From Gemmatimonadota bacterium (GTDB lineage Bacteria > Gemmatimonadota > Gemmatimonadetes > Longimicrobiales > Gaopeijiaceae), in NCBI GenBank assembly GCA_034521595.1, contig JAXHMG010000003.1, positions 1,536,001 through 1,600,000 on the forward strand: 64,000 bases of DNA. The letters are read 5' to 3'. Below the pieces are notes generated by a model. That model saw nothing but the letters and a program-made list of their open reading frames with translations. It had not been told where the DNA came from and did not search any database. The position numbers and the translations under genes are program-made. Positions within the stretch are counted from its first letter, which is position 1. The number at the start of each line of letters is the position of its first letter. Positions 60,736 through 64,000 of the stretch are shown here, piece after piece.

Positions 60736-62196
60736 ATGGCCAAGGACGACGAAAAGCCGAAAAACACGACCACCGATGCGGGGATCCCCGTATCGAGCGA
60801 CGAGCATTCGCTCACGGTGGGACCCGATGGCCCGATTCTGCTCCACGACCACTACCTCATCGAGCAGATGGCCAACTTCAACCGGGAGCGCATCCCGGAA
60901 CGCCAGCCGCACGCCAAAGGCGCGGGCGCGTTCGGACATTTCGAGGTCACGCAGGACGTGAGCGCCTACACCAAGGCGGCCGTCTTTCAACCCGGGACGA
61001 AGACGGACACCGTGATCCGGTTCTCGTCGGTGGCCGGTGAGCGCGGAAGCCCCGACACCTGGCGGGATCCTCGAGGCTTCGCCCTCAAGTTCTACACCTC
61101 CGAGGGCAACTTCGACATGGTCGGCAACAACACGCCGGTCTTCTTCGTTCGCGATCCGCTCAAGTTCCAGCACTTCATCCGGTCGCAGAAGCGCCGCGCG
61201 GACAGCGGCCTCCGCGATCACGACATGCAGTGGGACTTCTGGACGCTGTCACCGGAATCCGCACATCAGGTCGCCTGGCTCATGGGCGACCGGGGCATCC
61301 CGAAGACGTGGCGGCACATGAACGGCTATTCGAGCCACACGTACATGTGGGTCAATGCCGACGGCGATCGCTTCTGGGTCAAGTATCACTTCAAGACCGA
61401 CCAGGGCATCGACTTCCTCACCCAGGAAGAAGCCGACCGCATCGCGGGCGAAGACGGGGACTACCACCGGCGCGACCTTTTCGAGGCCATCGAGGCGGGG
61501 AACCATCCGAGTTGGACGCTCAAGGTTCAGATCATGCCGTTCGAGGAGGCCAAGACCTACCGATTCAACCCGTTCGATCTGACCAAGGTGTGGCCGCACG
61601 CGGACTACCCGCTGCACGAGGTCGGCAGGCTGACCCTGAATCGCAACCCGACCGACTTCCACACCGAGATCGAGCAGGCGGCCTTCGAGCCGAACAACCT
61701 GGTGCCCGGCACCGGCATCAGCCCGGACAAGATGCTCTTGGGCCGGGTCTTCTCTTACGCGGACGCCCACCGCGCGCGGATGGGCGTCAACTACAAGCAG
61801 ATCCCCGTCAACAAGCCCAAATGTCCCGTACACAACTACAGCAAGGACGGGACGATGCGCGTGGAGAAAGTTTCGGATCCGGTCTACGCCCCGAACTCGA
61901 AGGGGGGGCCAGCCGCCGATCCCGACAAGCATCCCGAAATGGCGACGTGGTACGCAGACGGTGAGTTCGTGCGTGCCGCGTACACGCTTCGCGAAGACGA
62001 CGACGATTGGGGTCAGGCGGGCACGTTGGTCCGCGAGGTGATGGACGACGACGCCAGGGCACGGCTGGTCTCGAACGTGGTCGGTCACCTCTCGGACGGG
62101 GTGTCCGAGCCCGTGCTCGAGCGGGCGGTCCAGTATTGGCGGAACATCGACCAGGACGTGGGAGACCGCATCGCCAAGGGCGTGGGCAAGGGTTGA
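60736..62196 (+). CDS. katA: Monofunctional heme catalase (small subunit)
   Basis: [51 protein letters not shown]. Confidence 0.95.
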   Translation: MAKDDEKPKNTTTDAGIPVSSDEHSLTVGPDGPILLHDHYLIEQMANFNRERIPERQPHAKGAGAFGHFEVTQDVSAYTKAAVFQPGTKTDTVIRFSSVAGERGSPDTWRDPRGFALKFYTSEGNFDMVGNNTPVFFVRDPLKFQHFIRSQKRRADSGLRDHDMQWDFWTLSPESAHQVAWLMGDRGIPKTWRHMNGYSSHTYMWVNADGDRFWVKYHFKTDQGIDFLTQEEADRIAGEDGDYHRRDLFEAIEAGNHPSWTLKVQIMPFEEAKTYRFNPFDLTKVWPHADYPLHEVGRLTLNRNPTDFHTEIEQAAFEPNNLVPGTGISPDKMLLGRVFSYADAHRARMGVNYKQIPVNKPKCPVHNYSKDGTMRVEKVSDPVYAPNSKGGPAADPDKHPEMATWYADGEFVRAAYTLREDDDDWGQAGTLVREVMDDDARARLVSNVVGHLSDGVSEPVLERAVQYWRNIDQDVGDRIAKGVGKG

Positions 62197-62259
62197 GCTG
62201 AGCCTTCGGCAGACGAAACACCGAAGGGTCGGACGCCCACGCGGGAGGGCTCCAACGAC

Positions 62260-62295
62260 GAAGCCGGCCACCGGGACGTCCCGGTGGCCGGCTTC
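62260..62295. terminator. 36-bp perfect palindrome between convergent katA and mdh (bidirectional terminator candidate)
   Basis: GAAGCCGGCCACCGGGAC|GTCCCGGTGGCCGGCTTC. Confidence 0.7.
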
Positions 62296-62329
62296 TCGTC
62301 ATTTCAACCGCTGAGCGGGTCGGACGCGG

Positions 62330-63268
62330 TCAGGTGATCGCTTCCAGCGCTGCCACGGTCTCACGGACATGCTCGGCGCTGGTCTCGAGCGACTTGCGCT
62401 CGTCGTCCTTCAGCTCGACCTCGACCACCTTCTTCAGGCCGCCCTCCCCGAGGAGGCAGGGCACACCGAGGTAGAGGTCCTTCATGCCGTACTCGCCCTG
62501 GAGCCAGGCGGCGCACGGGAGGATGCGGCGCTTGTCCTTCACGATCGCCTCGGCCATCTGGACGGCGGCCGCGGCCGGAGCGTAGTACGCGCTTCCGGTC
62601 TTGAGGTAGCCGACGATCTCCCCGCCACCCTTTCGGGTCCGCTCGACGAGCGCGTCGATGCGGTCCTGCGGCAGGAGCTGCGAGATCGGGATGCCGCTCA
62701 CGGACGTATAGCTCTGCAGCGGCACCATGGTGTCGCCGTGCCCCCCGAGCACGAGGGCCTGGATGTCCTCGACGCTGACATCGAGCTCCTCGGCAATGAA
62801 CGAGCGGTAACGGGCCGTGTCGAGCACGCCGGCCATCCCGATGACGCGCTCACGCGGGAAGCCGCTCGTCTCGAGCGCGACCTGCGCCATGACGTCGAGC
62901 GGGTTCGTGATCATGATGATGATCGCGTCCGGAGCGACCCGCTTGATCTCGTTGGTCACCGACTGGATGACGCCTTTGTTCGTCTTGAGCAGGTCGTCCC
63001 GGCTCATGCCCGGCTTCCGTGCGATGCCGGCCGTGACGATGAAGATCTCCGAGTCGGCGGAAAGGCTGTAGTCGTTCGCACCCTTCACCTGGGAGTCGAA
63101 TCCCTCCACGGGCGCGCTCTCCCACTGATCGAGCGCCTTGCCCTGAGGAATGCCCTCGGCGATGTCGACGAGGATCACCTCGCGCGCGAGCTCCTTGATG
63201 GCGAGGAGGTGGGCGCAGGTCGCCCCGACGTGTCCGGCTCCGACGACGGTAATCTTCTTGGTGCTCAT
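62330..63268 (-). CDS. mdh: Malate dehydrogenase (LDH-like)
   Basis: GAGHVG, TAGIARKPGMSRDDL, NPLD, LDTAR, GGHGD, GSAYYAP. Confidence 0.95.
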   Translation of the reverse strand: MSTKKITVVGAGHVGATCAHLLAIKELAREVILVDIAEGIPQGKALDQWESAPVEGFDSQVKGANDYSLSADSEIFIVTAGIARKPGMSRDDLLKTNKGVIQSVTNEIKRVAPDAIIIMITNPLDVMAQVALETSGFPRERVIGMAGVLDTARYRSFIAEELDVSVEDIQALVLGGHGDTMVPLQSYTSVSGIPISQLLPQDRIDALVERTRKGGGEIVGYLKTGSAYYAPAAAAVQMAEAIVKDKRRILPCAAWLQGEYGMKDLYLGVPCLLGEGGLKKVVEVELKDDERKSLETSAEHVRETVAALEAIT

Positions 63269-63363
63269 GGAAAGGTATCCGCTCCGCGGGTGGGTTTCAC
63301 TGGATTCGAACGGGTGGTCGTTCGGCGGGAGATCCGGAGTGTACGAAACCCGCCGGCCGAGGT

Positions 63364-64000
63364 CTACCCGCCGGTCTGCGAAAGTGCCACGAGCCCGCCG
63401 GAGCCCACGTCGCTGCCCTGCACGAGCTGGTGTCGCTCGGGCTTGGTACGGAGCGTCTCCTCGATGTGCGGCCGGATGTCCTCGCCCGCCCGGAGCGGAT
63501 CACGCAGGTTCGTCTGGAGCGAGCCGAAGAGGCAGGGACGGAGCTGACCGTCGGCCGTGAGCCGCATGCGGTTGCAGCGGTCGCAGTAGTTGTGGCTCAT
63601 GGGGGTGATCACCCCGACCGTGCCGGGCGCCCCGGGGAAGCGGTGGTAGCGCGCCGGACCGTTGCCGAAGGGGCCTTCCACCGGCTCGAGCGCGTCGATC
63701 GACCGCACGCGTCGAAGCGCCTCCGCACAGGAGACGAAGCCGCCTTCGTTGAGCTCGAGGTTCGAGCCCGTGGGCATCATCTCGATGAAGCGCACGTGCC
63801 AGGGACGCTCCCGCGTGATCTCGGCGAAATCCTCGATCTCGTCGTCGTTCTGGCCCCGGATGAGCACGACGTTGAGCTTGATGGGCGCGAAGCCCGCCTC
63901 CTCGGCCGCCCGAAGCCCCTCCATGATCTTCGGGTACGACCCTGGCCGACGCGCGATCGCGTCGACCCGCTCGGGCTGGAGCGAATCGAGCGACACGTTC
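63364..64000 (-). CDS. moaA: GTP 3',8-cyclase MoaA (partial, 5' end outside window)
   Basis: SLDSL, IKLNVV, RFIEMMP, CDRCNRMRLTADGQLRPCLF, C-terminal GG. Confidence 0.93.
   Translation of the reverse strand, partial: NVSLDSLQPERVDAIARRPGSYPKIMEGLRAAEEAGFAPIKLNVVLIRGQNDDEIEDFAEITRERPWHVRFIEMMPTGSNLELNEGGFVSCAEALRRVRSIDALEPVEGPFGNGPARYHRFPGAPGTVGVITPMSHNYCDRCNRMRLTADGQLRPCLFGSLQTNLRDPLRAGEDIRPHIEETLRTKPERHQLVQGSDVGSGGLVALSQTGG

Overview
GC-rich bacterial chromosome segment. The gene style (SusC/SusD pair, plug-only TonB proteins, DUF1028, type I-beta aroF) suggests Gemmatimonadota; this is inference. Left part (1-10.1 kb): MlaE, OmpA, a DUF3494 ice-binding lipoprotein and a LuxR regulator, then a mosaic of remnants (susC 5' fragment cut by an internally deleted IS91/ISCR-like element at a CTTG target, an IS5-like end scar, a broken groEL, a CBS fragment), a USP gene and an orphan cobB. 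10-20 kb: ECF sigma/FecR/SusC/SusD locus whose cargo is two secreted DUF1028 proteins. 25.6-31.6 kb: candidate glycolipid module (GT4 fused to a metal-ligand-less phosphoesterase fold, a six-hairpin glycosidase-like protein and a flippase-like protein). The rest is mostly housekeeping: ppaC, trmH, a phosphorelay coupled to rpiA-rpe, aroF, argRGH, a TBDR, an E1/CoA-transferase/PrpD cluster, tRNA-Asn, fur-catalase, mdh and moaA. Most striking observation: an unannotated Asn-rich leader peptide (MTISRGNSNPNPNRNPNRDCDRGIA, 60033-60110, minus strand) with a complete 1:2/2:3/3:4 attenuator architecture sits directly upstream of the tRNA-Asn gene, i.e. an apparent ribosome-mediated attenuator controlling a tRNA gene. 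A Tyr/Trp leader attenuator also precedes aroF, and an attenuator-like leader precedes argG.
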